A DNA stretch of 40,647 nucleotides from assembly GCA_044220955.1 (NCBI GenBank), contig JBGAQA010000059.1, positions 1-40,647 of the forward strand. Reading direction: 5' to 3'. The notes under the pieces are model-generated. The model was not told the origin of the DNA and did no database searches. It saw only the letters and a program-made list of their open reading frames with translations. The position numbers and the translations under genes are program-made. The DNA is from Sandaracinaceae bacterium. GTDB lineage: Bacteria; Myxococcota_A; Polyangia; Polyangiales; Sandaracinaceae. This document shows, piece by piece, positions 1 to 10,251 of this stretch (position 1 is the first letter of the stretch; each line of letters starts with the position of its first letter).

Positions 1-60
1 CGCCCCGCCCGCCCCCCGCCCCCGCCGCCGCCCCGCCCCCCCCCCCCCCCCCCCCGCCCG
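1..60. repeat. Low-complexity poly-C/CCCG tract at the window edge
   Basis: Almost pure C with interspersed G, including a run of more than 20 C; may be a contig-end artefact. Confidence 0.5.
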
Positions 61-66
61 GCGCGG

Positions 67-846
67 TCAGCCCCTACCGATCCACTTGCAGAGCACGACC
101 GTGACGTTGTCGGGCCCGCCGTTGGCGTTCGCGCGCTCGATGAGCTTGCTCGCGAGCCCCTTGAGGTCGGTCGTGTTGGCGGCGATCTCGGTGATCTCGG
201 CGTCGCTCACCGGGCCGCAGAGGCCGTCCGAGCAGATCAGGTACACGTCGCCGGGCTGGGCCGGGTCGAGGCGCGTGTCGACCTTGACCGTCTCCTTCAT
301 CCCGAGCGCGCGGACGATGACGTTCTTGTGGGGGAAGTTGGCGATCTCTTCCTCCGTCAGCCGCTTCATCTTGATGTAGTCGTTGAGCAGCGAGTGATCC
401 TCGGTGAGCTGCTCGAGCTTGCCCTGCCGGATCCGGTACACGCGCGAGTCGCCGACGTGCGCGACGAGCACTCCCTCGTCGATCACGAGGATGCCGGCGA
501 ACGTGGTGCCCATGCCGCGCAGCTTGGGCTCGCGCTGCTGAGACTCGTGGATGCGCAGGTTCGCGAGCTTGATGCCCGTGATGAGGCGGTTCTCCTCGTA
601 GGGCCGCGACTTGTCCATCTTGTACGGCCAGGTCGCCTCGGGGTCCTGGCTCGTCGAGATGAAGAACTCCTTGAGCGTGTCGATGGCCATACGGCTGGCG
701 ACCTCGCCCGAAGCGTGGCCGCCCATGCCGTCCGCGACGAGGTACAGGCGCTCGTCGTCGAGGACCTCGAAAGAGTCCTCGTTGTGCGTGCGCTTCATAC
801 CGACGTTCGTTTCGCCGGCCACGAGCACGCGCGCGCTGGATGCCAC
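67..846 (-). CDS. pph1: PP2C-family (PPM) Ser/Thr protein phosphatase, Pph1-like
   Basis: Motifs GMKRTHNEDS, VADGMGGH, GMGTT, HVGDSRVY, LTEDHS, CSDGL, GGPDNVT; the ATWPYKMDK..YEENRL insert resembles myxobacterial Pph1. GTG start at 846 is inferred (ORF extends to 888). Confidence 0.9.
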   Translation of the reverse strand: MASSARVLVAGETNVGMKRTHNEDSFEVLDDERLYLVADGMGGHASGEVASRMAIDTLKEFFISTSQDPEATWPYKMDKSRPYEENRLITGIKLANLRIHESQQREPKLRGMGTTFAGILVIDEGVLVAHVGDSRVYRIRQGKLEQLTEDHSLLNDYIKMKRLTEEEIANFPHKNVIVRALGMKETVKVDTRLDPAQPGDVYLICSDGLCGPVSDAEITEIAANTTDLKGLASKLIERANANGGPDNVTVVLCKWIGRG

Positions 847-969
847 CCTCGACACCTTTCCCCGGCACCGCGGATACGGGCCGGACACGGAGCCTCTCTC
901 CGTGCGTGGAGCGAGACGCTATCAATTCCGCGGGCGCGCGGTCAACGCATACGCGCGCCCGCCGCCCGG

Positions 970-1767
970 TCAGTTGTCGGTCGCGGCGCTGGCGCGGGCT
1001 TTCGGGGCCTGGGGCTTGGCGCCGGGGCGCATCGAGGGGTCGTGGTTCGCGCCGCCCATCCGCGCAGGGATGCCGTAGCGGAGGATGCAGTAGGCCGCGC
1101 GGAAGGCGTCCTTGAGGCCGATCTTCTTGCCCTCCGCGTACGTGCGGCCGTGGTAGCTGATGGGCACCTCGTAGACCCGCACGCCGAGGCCGGCGACCTT
1201 GGCGGTGATCTCGGGCTCGATCCCGAAGCGGTTCTCCTGCAGGTCGATCTGCTCGAGGACCTCTCGCCGGAACACCTTGTAGCAAGTCTCCATGTCCGTG
1301 AGGTTCAGGTCGGTGACCATGTTCGAGAGCGTGGTCAGCATCTGGTTGCCGACCGAGTGCCAGAAGTAGAGGACGCGGTGGGGGCCGCCGCCGAACCGGG
1401 TCCCGAAGACCACGTCGGCCCGGTCGGCGAGCAGCGGCTCGAGCAGCTTCGGGTACTCGAGCGGGTCGTACTCGAGGTCCGCGTCCTGCACGACGACGAA
1501 GCGGCCCCGCGCCTCGCGGAACCCCGTGCGCAGGGCGGCGCCCTTGCCTGCGTTCTTCTCGTGCAAGATCACGCGGACGCGCGGATCGCGCGCCGGACCC
1601 TCGGTCAGGAGCGAGCGCGTTCCGTCCTTGCTCCCGTCATCGACGACGATGACCTCGAGGGGGTCGATCCCGCACGCGAGGACGCGCTCGAGCGAGAGGT
1701 GGATCGTGGCGCGCTCGTTGTAGCAAGGCATGACCACGGAGAGGGTCGGCGTCGTCGTCGAAGGCAT
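970..1767 (-). CDS. Glycosyltransferase family 2 (DPM1/polyprenol-phosphate glycosyltransferase-like)
   Basis: [50 protein letters not shown] at 1767. Confidence 0.92.
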   Translation of the reverse strand: MPSTTTPTLSVVMPCYNERATIHLSLERVLACGIDPLEVIVVDDGSKDGTRSLLTEGPARDPRVRVILHEKNAGKGAALRTGFREARGRFVVVQDADLEYDPLEYPKLLEPLLADRADVVFGTRFGGGPHRVLYFWHSVGNQMLTTLSNMVTDLNLTDMETCYKVFRREVLEQIDLQENRFGIEPEITAKVAGLGVRVYEVPISYHGRTYAEGKKIGLKDAFRAAYCILRYGIPARMGGANHDPSMRPGAKPQAPKARASAATDN

Positions 1768-1804
1768 CGCCTCGCTGTCTAGCACGTGGTAGCCAGGCGA
1801 TCGC

Positions 1805-2542
<738 letters not shown>

Positions 2543-2639
2543 GAGGGCCCCACCGCTGGCGCCCGCGCTCGGTCGACTGAGTTTGGTCACGAGCCCCGCG
2601 CTCGCTGCGCGCGCGCGGGGTGTACGGTCCGCCGCCATC

Positions 2640-3524
2640 GTGCCGCCCGAGCCCGCCACACCGAACGGCCTGTTCGCCCGCGCGACGCGCGAGGCGCTCG
2701 AGGGCGCCGTGGCCGCGCCGGTCGCGCGGGCGCTCCTCGAGCGGGCGCTCCGGGCCGCGGCGCTCCCCGCCGTGCCCGAGGACCCCGGGAGCTTTCGCTG
2801 GTTCGTCGAGGGGCCGCTCCGCGTGGAGCTCGAGCGCCTCCTCGACGCAGGCGAGATCTCCGCCGTGATCGAGCGCCTCGGCGACGTGCTCTGGATGGCC
2901 ACGAGCGACATCCGGGCGCTCGGCGTCGCGCGCAGCTGGAGCCGCCGCAGCGCACCGACCGAGACGCCCTCCGGGACGCACGCGCGCCTACCCTCGGACC
3001 GCCCGGCCGCTTCGCACGAGCGAGACAGCGGCGTGTCCGCCAAGCGGCCGACGATCCCCGTCCCGTCGAGCTCGCCGCCGGCGCGCCTGCCGACGATCCC
3101 GCGCGTGCCGCGCTCGCCGTTGCCGCCTCCGCCGGCGGGGGCGGCGCTGCGCTCGCCTCGCGCGCCCACGGCGCCGTCCGCGGTCTTGGTCGTCTCGCTC
3201 GACCCTTCGCTGGCCGCGAGCACGTCCCACGACGTCGGCGGGCGCTGCCCGGTGATCACGATCTCGACGCCAGGCGACCTGGCGCGCGCTGCGACGCGCT
3301 CGGGCGATCGCGTCGTCGTGATCGTCGACACCACGTTGCCGTCGATCGAAGTCCCGACGTTCGCGGGCCTGGCGCCGATCCTGCCGCCGGGCACGCGCGT
3401 CGTGCTCTGGGGCGTCGACGAGCGGCAGCTCGCGCGCCTGGCGGCCCAGCACCCGGTCGCGCGCGACTGGTCCGCGAGCGGCGAGGCGGTCTCGCCCGGG
3501 ACGTTCGCGCTGACGCTCGCGTAG
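2640..3524 (+). CDS. Hypothetical protein: helical N-terminal domain, Pro/Ser/Thr linker, receiver-like C-terminal domain
   Basis: Coding-like composition; C-terminal VLVVSLD...VVIVD..LP...VVLWG pattern resembles a REC fold; start inferred (GTG 2640; ORF from 2583). Confidence 0.6.
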   Translation: MPPEPATPNGLFARATREALEGAVAAPVARALLERALRAAALPAVPEDPGSFRWFVEGPLRVELERLLDAGEISAVIERLGDVLWMATSDIRALGVARSWSRRSAPTETPSGTHARLPSDRPAASHERDSGVSAKRPTIPVPSSSPPARLPTIPRVPRSPLPPPPAGAALRSPRAPTAPSAVLVVSLDPSLAASTSHDVGGRCPVITISTPGDLARAATRSGDRVVVIVDTTLPSIEVPTFAGLAPILPPGTRVVLWGVDERQLARLAAQHPVARDWSASGEAVSPGTFALTLA

Positions 3525-3597
3525 CGAGGCGTCCCAGGACGGATCCCGCCGCGCTCCGCGTGGGGGCGAGCGGCGCCGATCGCGCTACCATTCGCAG

Positions 3598-5055
3598 ATG
3601 GCGAGCGACACCGAACCGCAGAGGCCGCGGCCGCCGCGGGACGACGACGCCCCGGGGCTGCCCGCCATCGACGGCGCAGAGCCCGACACGGCGCTGGACA
3701 CCGGGGTCGAGCTCGACGTGGGCGACGAGGAGGCGAGCGCGCTCGACGATCGAGGCGCCTCCGATCTCGAAGGCACGCTCGACGACGACTTCGACCTCGG
3801 CCCCACCGCCGTCGCCGCGGACGAAGACGCGCCCGCGCCTCTCGATCCCGACCCCTCCCTCGCAGCCGGAGAGAGCGAGCGCTGGACCGAGGGCTCCGAC
3901 GCCTCCGAGGACGCACCGTGGCAGGAGGCGCCCGTCGCCGAGCCGAGCGAGAGCTCGCTCGACCGTGGCGAGGAGGGGCTCGATGAGGCGCTGGCTGCCG
4001 GCGACGCGCTGCCTGGCCTGCCGCCCGCGCGCGCCGGCGACGCGGACGACGACGCCGACGACGCGCTCGATCTGAGCGAGGCGTCGTCGCTCGAGACCCC
4101 CGGCGCCGAGCCCGATGCGGTCGAGCAGCTCCCGCACGCCGGCATCGCGGCGCGCTGGCATGGTCCCTCGCGCGAGGCAGCGCGGGCGATCGCCGTCGTC
4201 GATGGGCAGGTGCTCGTCGGCGCGCGCGGCCTCTGGCGCCTCGACGACGCGGGCGCGGCCGTCTCGCTCCCTCTCGACGTCGAGGTCAGCGCCCTGCTCG
4301 CGCCCGCCGCGGGGCGTGGCGCCTGGATCGGGACCGAGTCGGGGCTGGTGTGGTGGTACCCGCCGTCCGCGTCGGCGCCGACGCACGCGGGGCGCCCAGG
4401 CACCGATGACGCGAGCCTCGGCGGAGTCGACCTCGCCCTGGTGGCGGGGGTCGTCGTCGCGCGGACCCGCGGTGGCGCGCTCTTCCGCAAGGCGGATGGC
4501 GGGTGGGTGGGCCCGATCGTCCCGAAGAACGTCCGGCGCATCCGCGCGGGCCTCGGCTCGGAGGCGGACTGGCTCGCGCTCGTCGTCGGCAGCGCCGCGG
4601 CGCCCGCGCTGCTCGCGACCCGGGACGCCCGGACCTTCGAGCGGCTGCGGGAGCCCGCGGGCGAGATCGCCCTCGAGGCCTCGCGCAGCGGGGACGTGGT
4701 GGCGGTCGCGACCGCGCGTGGACACCTCTTCGTCTCGCGCGACGCGGGCGCGTCCTACGCGCGGGTCCCGGGCGTCGTCGACGTCGAGCGCGTGTGGGCG
4801 CACCGGGACGGCACCGTCGTCGCGGCGACCTTCCACGAGGCCACGGACCACGGCCGGCTCGTGCGCGTCGTCGGCGCCCGGGCGGACGTCCTGCTCGACG
4901 TCGAGGCCGAGGTGTCGGCGCGCAGGCTCACGGGACCCGGCGAGCACGACGGGGACGGGCGCATCCACGCGCTCGCTCCGGCCGCCGGCGTGCTCTGGGT
5001 GGTGACGGGCGTGGGGGCCTTCTCGCTCCCGATCGACCTCGGAAGCCTCGCGTGA
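3598..5055 (+). CDS. Hypothetical protein: very acidic disordered N-terminus plus beta-propeller-like C-terminus (BNR/Asp-box-like motifs)
   Basis: First ~170 aa are D/E-rich; later repeated beta-strand units with ATRDARTF and VSRDAGASY Asp-box-like motifs. Confidence 0.7.
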   Translation: MASDTEPQRPRPPRDDDAPGLPAIDGAEPDTALDTGVELDVGDEEASALDDRGASDLEGTLDDDFDLGPTAVAADEDAPAPLDPDPSLAAGESERWTEGSDASEDAPWQEAPVAEPSESSLDRGEEGLDEALAAGDALPGLPPARAGDADDDADDALDLSEASSLETPGAEPDAVEQLPHAGIAARWHGPSREAARAIAVVDGQVLVGARGLWRLDDAGAAVSLPLDVEVSALLAPAAGRGAWIGTESGLVWWYPPSASAPTHAGRPGTDDASLGGVDLALVAGVVVARTRGGALFRKADGGWVGPIVPKNVRRIRAGLGSEADWLALVVGSAAAPALLATRDARTFERLREPAGEIALEASRSGDVVAVATARGHLFVSRDAGASYARVPGVVDVERVWAHRDGTVVAATFHEATDHGRLVRVVGARADVLLDVEAEVSARRLTGPGEHDGDGRIHALAPAAGVLWVVTGVGAFSLPIDLGSLA

Positions 5056-6773
5056 CGGCGCGCGGGGGCCTGCGCGAGCGTTTGCGCGTGGGCGCCGGCT
5101 CCGGAGACGCGACGCTGCGCGCGTCGACGGGTGCAGGCGACGACGACCGCGCGCTCGCCGCGTCGATCGTCGAGCGCGTCGCGCAGGGCGGGCTCCGCCT
5201 CGCGACCGCGGAGCCCGAGCCGGCGCGTCGTGTCTCCGGGCCGCCGGCCGCGGACGCTTCGTTCCTGGCGCGGCTCGGGGCGGGCGGGCGCGACCCGTCG
5301 AAGATCGACGATCTCGCGACGCTCTTCGGCGTGCTCGAGGGCGGCAGTCCCGCGCAGCGTCGTGCGGCGGCGCGGCGGCTGGAGCAGCGGGTGCGCTCGG
5401 GCGAGCTCGACCCGGAGCAGCTCGAGCAGGTCGAGGCTGCCCTCGCGGCCCCGCGCGACGCGGACGCCGCGTGGGAGATCCTGCAGGCACGCGCGGCGCT
5501 ACCGGGCGCCGCCGGCCGCGACGCGCGCAACGAGCACGACGCGTTCGAGGCGCTCGCCGCACGCCTCGAGGCGAGCGTCCACGCGTTCTGGGAAGAGGAC
5601 CGCTCGCGCGAGCCGCTCTCCGAGCTGGGCGCCGAAGATCTCGCGACGCTCGTGCTCCATGCGCGCGAGCTGCCCGATGGCGTGGCCGCACACGTCGCGG
5701 CGGTGCTCGAGGGCAGCGACGGCGTGTCCGACGTCGTCGCGCGCGAGCGGCTCGCCTCGGTGCTGCGCTCGGCGTCGGACCCGCGTCTGGTCCCCGCGCT
5801 GGCGGCCCTCACCACGGACCGCTCGCCCGAGCTCGCGCGCGAGGCCCTCCGCGCGCTCGGCCGCGTGGACGATCCGCGGGCGCGCCCCGTGCTCGTGCGG
5901 GCGCTCGAGCGCAGCGCCGATCCGATCGGACGCGCTCTGGCCGCGGGAGCCCTCGGTCTCTTGGGTGATCCGCGCGGGCTCGGCCTCTTGCGCGAGATGA
6001 TCGACACCGGGGATCGGCGTGCGCAGCGCGCCGCGGTCGAGGGCATCGTCGAGCTCGCCACGATGCAGGACGTCGATCGTCTCGTGCGACTGCTCGCGCG
6101 ATCGGATGCCGGGCTGCTCCTGCACACGGTGCGCGCGCTCGGCCGGATCGGGGATGCCCGCGCGGTCGGCCCTCTGCGTGCGCGCGCCGCGCAGGAGCCG
6201 CCGCCCGTCCTCGCTGCGGAGATCGACGCCGCGTTGCGATCCATCGCCGCGCAGATGGAGCTGCGCGGGGAGGGCTCTCCGCCGGACGGCACGGGCGCGC
6301 AGCCCACGGGGCGCAAGGCCGCGCTCCGCGCGCCGGAGAGCGCCGGCCTCGGCGCGCGGCTGCGGGCGGGCGTCGACGTGCTCGTCGGGCGGCTCTGGCT
6401 GCTCGTCGGCGCGGTCGAGCGGGCGCTCTCTGCGTTCGAGGCGGCGGCGACGCGTCGCCCCGGATGGGCCGTCCCACACTCGGCCATCGCGCTGGCGCAG
6501 GTCCGGCGGGGGCGTCCGGCGCGTGCGCTCGCGGCGTTTCGTCGCGCGCTGCTCTCCGACCGGGCCTACGTCGAGGCTCACGCGCGCGTCGTGCGGCTGC
6601 TGGCGCGGACGTTCCTCCGACGGGCCGAGGAGATGGAGCGCACCGGGCGGCGTGACGTGGCGCTCGGTCTGCTCGAGGAGGTCGCGCTGCTCGATCTGCG
6701 GCGCGTCGAGGAGCCAGTTCGCTTCGAGATCGCGCGCCGCGCGGAGCGCTTGCGCGGGGAGGTGGCGACATGA
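5052..6773 (+). CDS. HEAT-repeat (PBS-lyase-like) protein with C-terminal TPR-like helices
   Basis: Repeats ALRALGRVDDPRA, AGALGLLGDPRG, VRALGRIGDARAV; C-terminal ALSAFEAA..RPGWAV.H..IALA; GTGA overlap with upstream stop. Confidence 0.8.
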   Translation: MTARGGLRERLRVGAGSGDATLRASTGAGDDDRALAASIVERVAQGGLRLATAEPEPARRVSGPPAADASFLARLGAGGRDPSKIDDLATLFGVLEGGSPAQRRAAARRLEQRVRSGELDPEQLEQVEAALAAPRDADAAWEILQARAALPGAAGRDARNEHDAFEALAARLEASVHAFWEEDRSREPLSELGAEDLATLVLHARELPDGVAAHVAAVLEGSDGVSDVVARERLASVLRSASDPRLVPALAALTTDRSPELAREALRALGRVDDPRARPVLVRALERSADPIGRALAAGALGLLGDPRGLGLLREMIDTGDRRAQRAAVEGIVELATMQDVDRLVRLLARSDAGLLLHTVRALGRIGDARAVGPLRARAAQEPPPVLAAEIDAALRSIAAQMELRGEGSPPDGTGAQPTGRKAALRAPESAGLGARLRAGVDVLVGRLWLLVGAVERALSAFEAAATRRPGWAVPHSAIALAQVRRGRPARALAAFRRALLSDRAYVEAHARVVRLLARTFLRRAEEMERTGRRDVALGLLEEVALLDLRRVEEPVRFEIARRAERLRGEVAT

Positions 6774-7873
6774 CGGCGAACCTGCGCGAGCTCGCGCGGC
6801 GCGCGCTCCACGAGCGCCGCCCCGAGGTGTCCCCGGAGGCGGACGTCGAGCGGGTCGTGATCGACGTCCGGATGGGGGAGCGAGTCGAGATGGTCACGCT
6901 CTCGGTTCGGGACGAGCGCCTCGTGGTGCTGGCGACGGACGGTACCGCCGCGACCTCGCCCGCCGCCCGCGCCGCCCTCGCGTGGCTCGCCTCGGAGCTG
7001 CCTCGGACGTCGCTCCCGCCCGAGCGCCGCGACCGCGCGCCGGCCGCGGACCGCCCCGCCGAGGCGGATCCGCTGGCGCTGGCGATCGCGGATCTCACGA
7101 CGGCGATCGTGCGGCAAGGCATCGATGCCGCGCAGGCGCCGGCGACGATCGACGCCCTCGCGCGCATCGGCGCGACGTCACCCTCGCTCGAGGTGGCGCG
7201 CTGGGTGGGGCGCCTGCGCGCGGCGCTCGCTGCGCGTGACGAGATCCTGGCCGCGCGGCTGCTCGACGGAGCGGGCGCCGTCCTCACGCCAGGTGAGCCC
7301 GAGCGCATCGTCGATCAGGTGCTGGTCGAGCTCGGGCGCGAGGTCGTCGACGGGCTCACGCCCCTGGCCATGGAGCGCCGGCACCTGCTCGACCCGACGA
7401 CCGGCGAGGTGCTGGCCGAGGAGCGCCTCCGCGATCAGCCGGCGTCGAACGGCCCCTGTCCTCGGGTCGTGAACGTGGGCCTCGCGAGCCGGACGCGCGG
7501 CGGGCGCGTGCGCGTGGTGCAGTACTCCGTGGCGCGCCTGGATCCGGACATGCTCGCCCGCCTCGAGGCGCTCGCCGAGCCCTCGGTGGCGGCCGCGTTC
7601 GCGCGGGCGGAGGCCGGGATCCGCTCGGCGCTGCTCGAGCCGGCGGTCCTGCTCCGCCTCGGGTCGGCCGAGGGTGGAACGGCGGTCGACGCGACCGGTG
7701 CGCCGATTCCGCTCGCGCGCCACGAGGACGCCGGGGCGGTGAGCGCGTTCGTCGACGAGCTCGCGAGGGGCGCGCCGAGCTGGATCTTCGGTCGCTGGAC
7801 GGCCGCGGGGGACGAGGCCAGCCTGCTCCCGCTCTCCTGCTGCGTGTCCGGCCGGGTGACGCGCTTGCGATGA
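6770..7873 (+). CDS. Hypothetical protein (possible degenerate SWIM-family protein)
   Basis: ATGA-coupled to the HEAT gene; 367 aa with coding-like composition. Confidence 0.7.
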   Translation: MTANLRELARRALHERRPEVSPEADVERVVIDVRMGERVEMVTLSVRDERLVVLATDGTAATSPAARAALAWLASELPRTSLPPERRDRAPAADRPAEADPLALAIADLTTAIVRQGIDAAQAPATIDALARIGATSPSLEVARWVGRLRAALAARDEILAARLLDGAGAVLTPGEPERIVDQVLVELGREVVDGLTPLAMERRHLLDPTTGEVLAEERLRDQPASNGPCPRVVNVGLASRTRGGRVRVVQYSVARLDPDMLARLEALAEPSVAAAFARAEAGIRSALLEPAVLLRLGSAEGGTAVDATGAPIPLARHEDAGAVSAFVDELARGAPSWIFGRWTAAGDEASLLPLSCCVSGRVTRLR

Positions 7874-7931
7874 GCTTGCGGCCGGGGCGGACCGCTGCTA
7901 GCAACTCGGCCCTTCGAGAGGACGTTTTCCC

Positions 7932-8267
7932 ATGAAGAGCTCGCCGCTCGCCCAGGTCAAGGATCGCTTCAAGGACAAGGACAGCCTCGTCGCCGCCGTG
8001 CGCGCGCTGGCGACCGACGATCTCTGGATCGGCCGCCTCGACGAGAAGGGTCTCGACTGCGTGTCGAACCGGAAGCTCCTGCACCTCCACGACGTGCTGT
8101 CGGAGGTCAAGAAGAGCTACGGCTCGCGCAAGGGCGCGATCGACGCGATCCTCAAGGCCGAGAAGCGGGAGAAGGACGCAGGCTATCGCGCGCGTCTCGA
8201 GGCGCAGCCGACGCCGCGCCTGCTCGACCACGCCCGCGCGGCCAAGCGCGCCGCCAAGGCGGCCTGA
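7932..8267 (+). CDS. Small basic hypothetical protein with internal duplication
   Basis: Lys-rich 111 aa, GAGG SD-like motif upstream, strong GC3 codon bias. Confidence 0.8.
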   Translation: MKSSPLAQVKDRFKDKDSLVAAVRALATDDLWIGRLDEKGLDCVSNRKLLHLHDVLSEVKKSYGSRKGAIDAILKAEKREKDAGYRARLEAQPTPRLLDHARAAKRAAKAA

Positions 8268-8289
8268 CGACCCGCCGCCGGGCCGCGGC

Positions 8290-8622
8290 TCAGGGCGCGC
8301 GGGTCTCCGCGCGCACCCAGGCGAGGTACGCGGCGCTCCCCTCGACCACGGGCAGCGCGAGGATCTCGGGTACCTCGTACTCGTGGTGTTGGCGCACGAG
8401 CGCCTCGAGCGCCGGGAAGCGGTCGCGCGTCGTCTTGGCGACGAGCTGGACCTCCTGCTCCTCTCGGATCTCGCCTTGCCAGCGATAGACCGAGCGCACC
8501 GGCGTCGTCACGACGCACGCGGCGACGCGCCACTCCACCATCAGGCGCGCGAGCTCCGGCGCCAGCTCCGGCGGCGCCGTGACGAGGACGACGATCGCGT
8601 CCGGCTCGGCGGGACCGCTCAC
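8290..8622 (-). CDS. cutA: Divalent-cation tolerance protein CutA
   Basis: VAACV, SVYRWQG, E..E.QLVAKT, HHEYEVPEI, YLAWV. Confidence 0.93.
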   Translation of the reverse strand: MSGPAEPDAIVVLVTAPPELAPELARLMVEWRVAACVVTTPVRSVYRWQGEIREEQEVQLVAKTTRDRFPALEALVRQHHEYEVPEILALPVVEGSAAYLAWVRAETRAP

Positions 8623-9542
8623 GCCTTGCCGACCGGGCGGACGCTCGCTCGCACGTCGAACACGCCGCGCTGCTTGGCGGCGGCGAGCACCTTGAGGGCC
8701 TCGCGGTAGCCCCGCGTGAGCAGCTGGCGCGCGTTGCCGCGGTCGATGAAGGAGTACTGGCCGAGGTCGGCCGACACGTTGAGCAGCGTGAGGTTCGGGT
8801 GGATGCGGTGGATGAGGTCCATTCCGCGCCGCTCCTTCTCGGAGAGGATGATGTTCGCCGTCTGCCGGATCATGGCCGGGGCCGAGCCGTGCGCGAGCGA
8901 GGGCTCCTCGGCGCGGGTGACGTACGGGCGGTACACGTTGGAGATGATCACGACGTCGGCGCCCGCCTCGACCGCGAGATCGATGCTCAGCGTGCGGACG
9001 AGCTCACCGTCGACGTAGTAGCGATCTCCGATCTTGTACGGCCGGAAGAGCAGCGGCACGCAGCTCGAGGCAGCCACGGCCTGCGAGATGGCCACGTCTT
9101 CGATGTAGCCCTTGCCGAACACGGCGCGCCCGCGCCCGTCGACGTCGGTCGCCGTGATGAAGAGCGGCTTGTTCAGGCGACGGAAGTCGTTCGTCGGCAG
9201 CGCGCGCGCGAGGTAGCGCTCGAATCGGTCGATCGAGAACAGGCCGCTCGTCAGCCAGCCCGGCGAGCGCCACTGCGCAGCCGTCGGAGCGCCCAGGAAG
9301 TAGCGCCCCTTCATCGCGCCGTCCTTGTCCTCCCGCGCCCAGAAGGGCCGGAACCAGTCGATCATGCGGTCCGCCTCGAAGCCCTGCGCGAAGAAGGCGC
9401 CGGCGATGGCACCGGCGGAGGCGCCGACGAAGACGTCGGCCGAGAGCCCGAGCTCCTCCATGGCCTTGAGGACGCCGACGTGGGCGATGCCCTTCGTCGC
9501 GCCTCCCGAACCCACGAACGCTACCCGGGGACGGCTCATCAC
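8619..9542 (-). CDS. Patatin-like phospholipase
   Basis: SGGATKG oxyanion motif, GASAG nucleophile, AASSCVP, YVDGE catalytic Asp (DGE variant). Confidence 0.9.
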   Translation of the reverse strand: MMSRPRVAFVGSGGATKGIAHVGVLKAMEELGLSADVFVGASAGAIAGAFFAQGFEADRMIDWFRPFWAREDKDGAMKGRYFLGAPTAAQWRSPGWLTSGLFSIDRFERYLARALPTNDFRRLNKPLFITATDVDGRGRAVFGKGYIEDVAISQAVAASSCVPLLFRPYKIGDRYYVDGELVRTLSIDLAVEAGADVVIISNVYRPYVTRAEEPSLAHGSAPAMIRQTANIILSEKERRGMDLIHRIHPNLTLLNVSADLGQYSFIDRGNARQLLTRGYREALKVLAAAKQRGVFDVRASVRPVGKA

Positions 9543-9660
9543 CAGACTCCTATCCCCCCACCACGAGCGGAGGATCCCACGGCCTCGATCCGGCGTCGAG
9601 TCCTTGCTCGCACGGGCCCTGGCACCGGCGCCCGGCTTCCTCTAGATTCCGCGGCCCGAC

Positions 9661-10182
9661 ATGACCGACCGCGACGCTCGCCCCTTCATCGTGCTGACCG
9701 CCATCCACGACACCAACGCGCGCCCCGCGGCGGTGACGCTCAGCCACGCCGACGCGTGGGAGCGGGCGCAGAAGGCGCTCGCCGGCCAGGACGTGGCCGG
9801 GCTCGACCTCGTCGAGCTGCCGGTGCCGCCGAAGGCGTTCTACGCGCTGAGGCAGTCCACGGCTCCTGCGGCGGGCGAGCCGCGCTCGCCCGGCCACGAG
9901 ACGGCGGCGGTCTACGATCTGTTCCCGCTCGCGGCGCACCTCGACGGTCCGACCCGCAAGGTGGCGGGGCAGTTCCTGGCGGCCGAGGTTCTCTGGAAGC
10001 TCGAGGAGGCGGGGATCCTCGACGGCGTGCCGCTGAACCTCCGGCTCGACGTTCCGAAGGACTGGGACCGGGCGCCGACGTCCGTGCACCAGAAGCTCGT
10101 CGAGCAGGGCGCGCTCGATCTCAGCGACGGTGCGATCGACACCTTCCTCGCGATCAAGACCGCCTGGAGCGGCAGCGCGTGA
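9661..10182 (+). CDS. Hypothetical protein
   Basis: 173 aa, globular-looking, typical codon usage, upstream of miaB. Confidence 0.75.
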   Translation: MTDRDARPFIVLTAIHDTNARPAAVTLSHADAWERAQKALAGQDVAGLDLVELPVPPKAFYALRQSTAPAAGEPRSPGHETAAVYDLFPLAAHLDGPTRKVAGQFLAAEVLWKLEEAGILDGVPLNLRLDVPKDWDRAPTSVHQKLVEQGALDLSDGAIDTFLAIKTAWSGSA

Positions 10183-10251
10183 GGTGCGCGCGGGAGCGCG
10201 AGCGGTGGCGAGCGCTCGCGTCTCGTCGATGATCTGCCGGGACTCGGCCCC

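Noticed and set aside
1..60. G-quadruplex-like tract (minus strand) downstream of pph1
   Set aside because: At the window edge and near-homopolymeric; cannot be told apart from a sequencing or assembly artefact
9619..9636. TGGCAC sigma54 -24 box upstream of the 9661 gene
   Set aside because: No TTGC/GC at the -12 position
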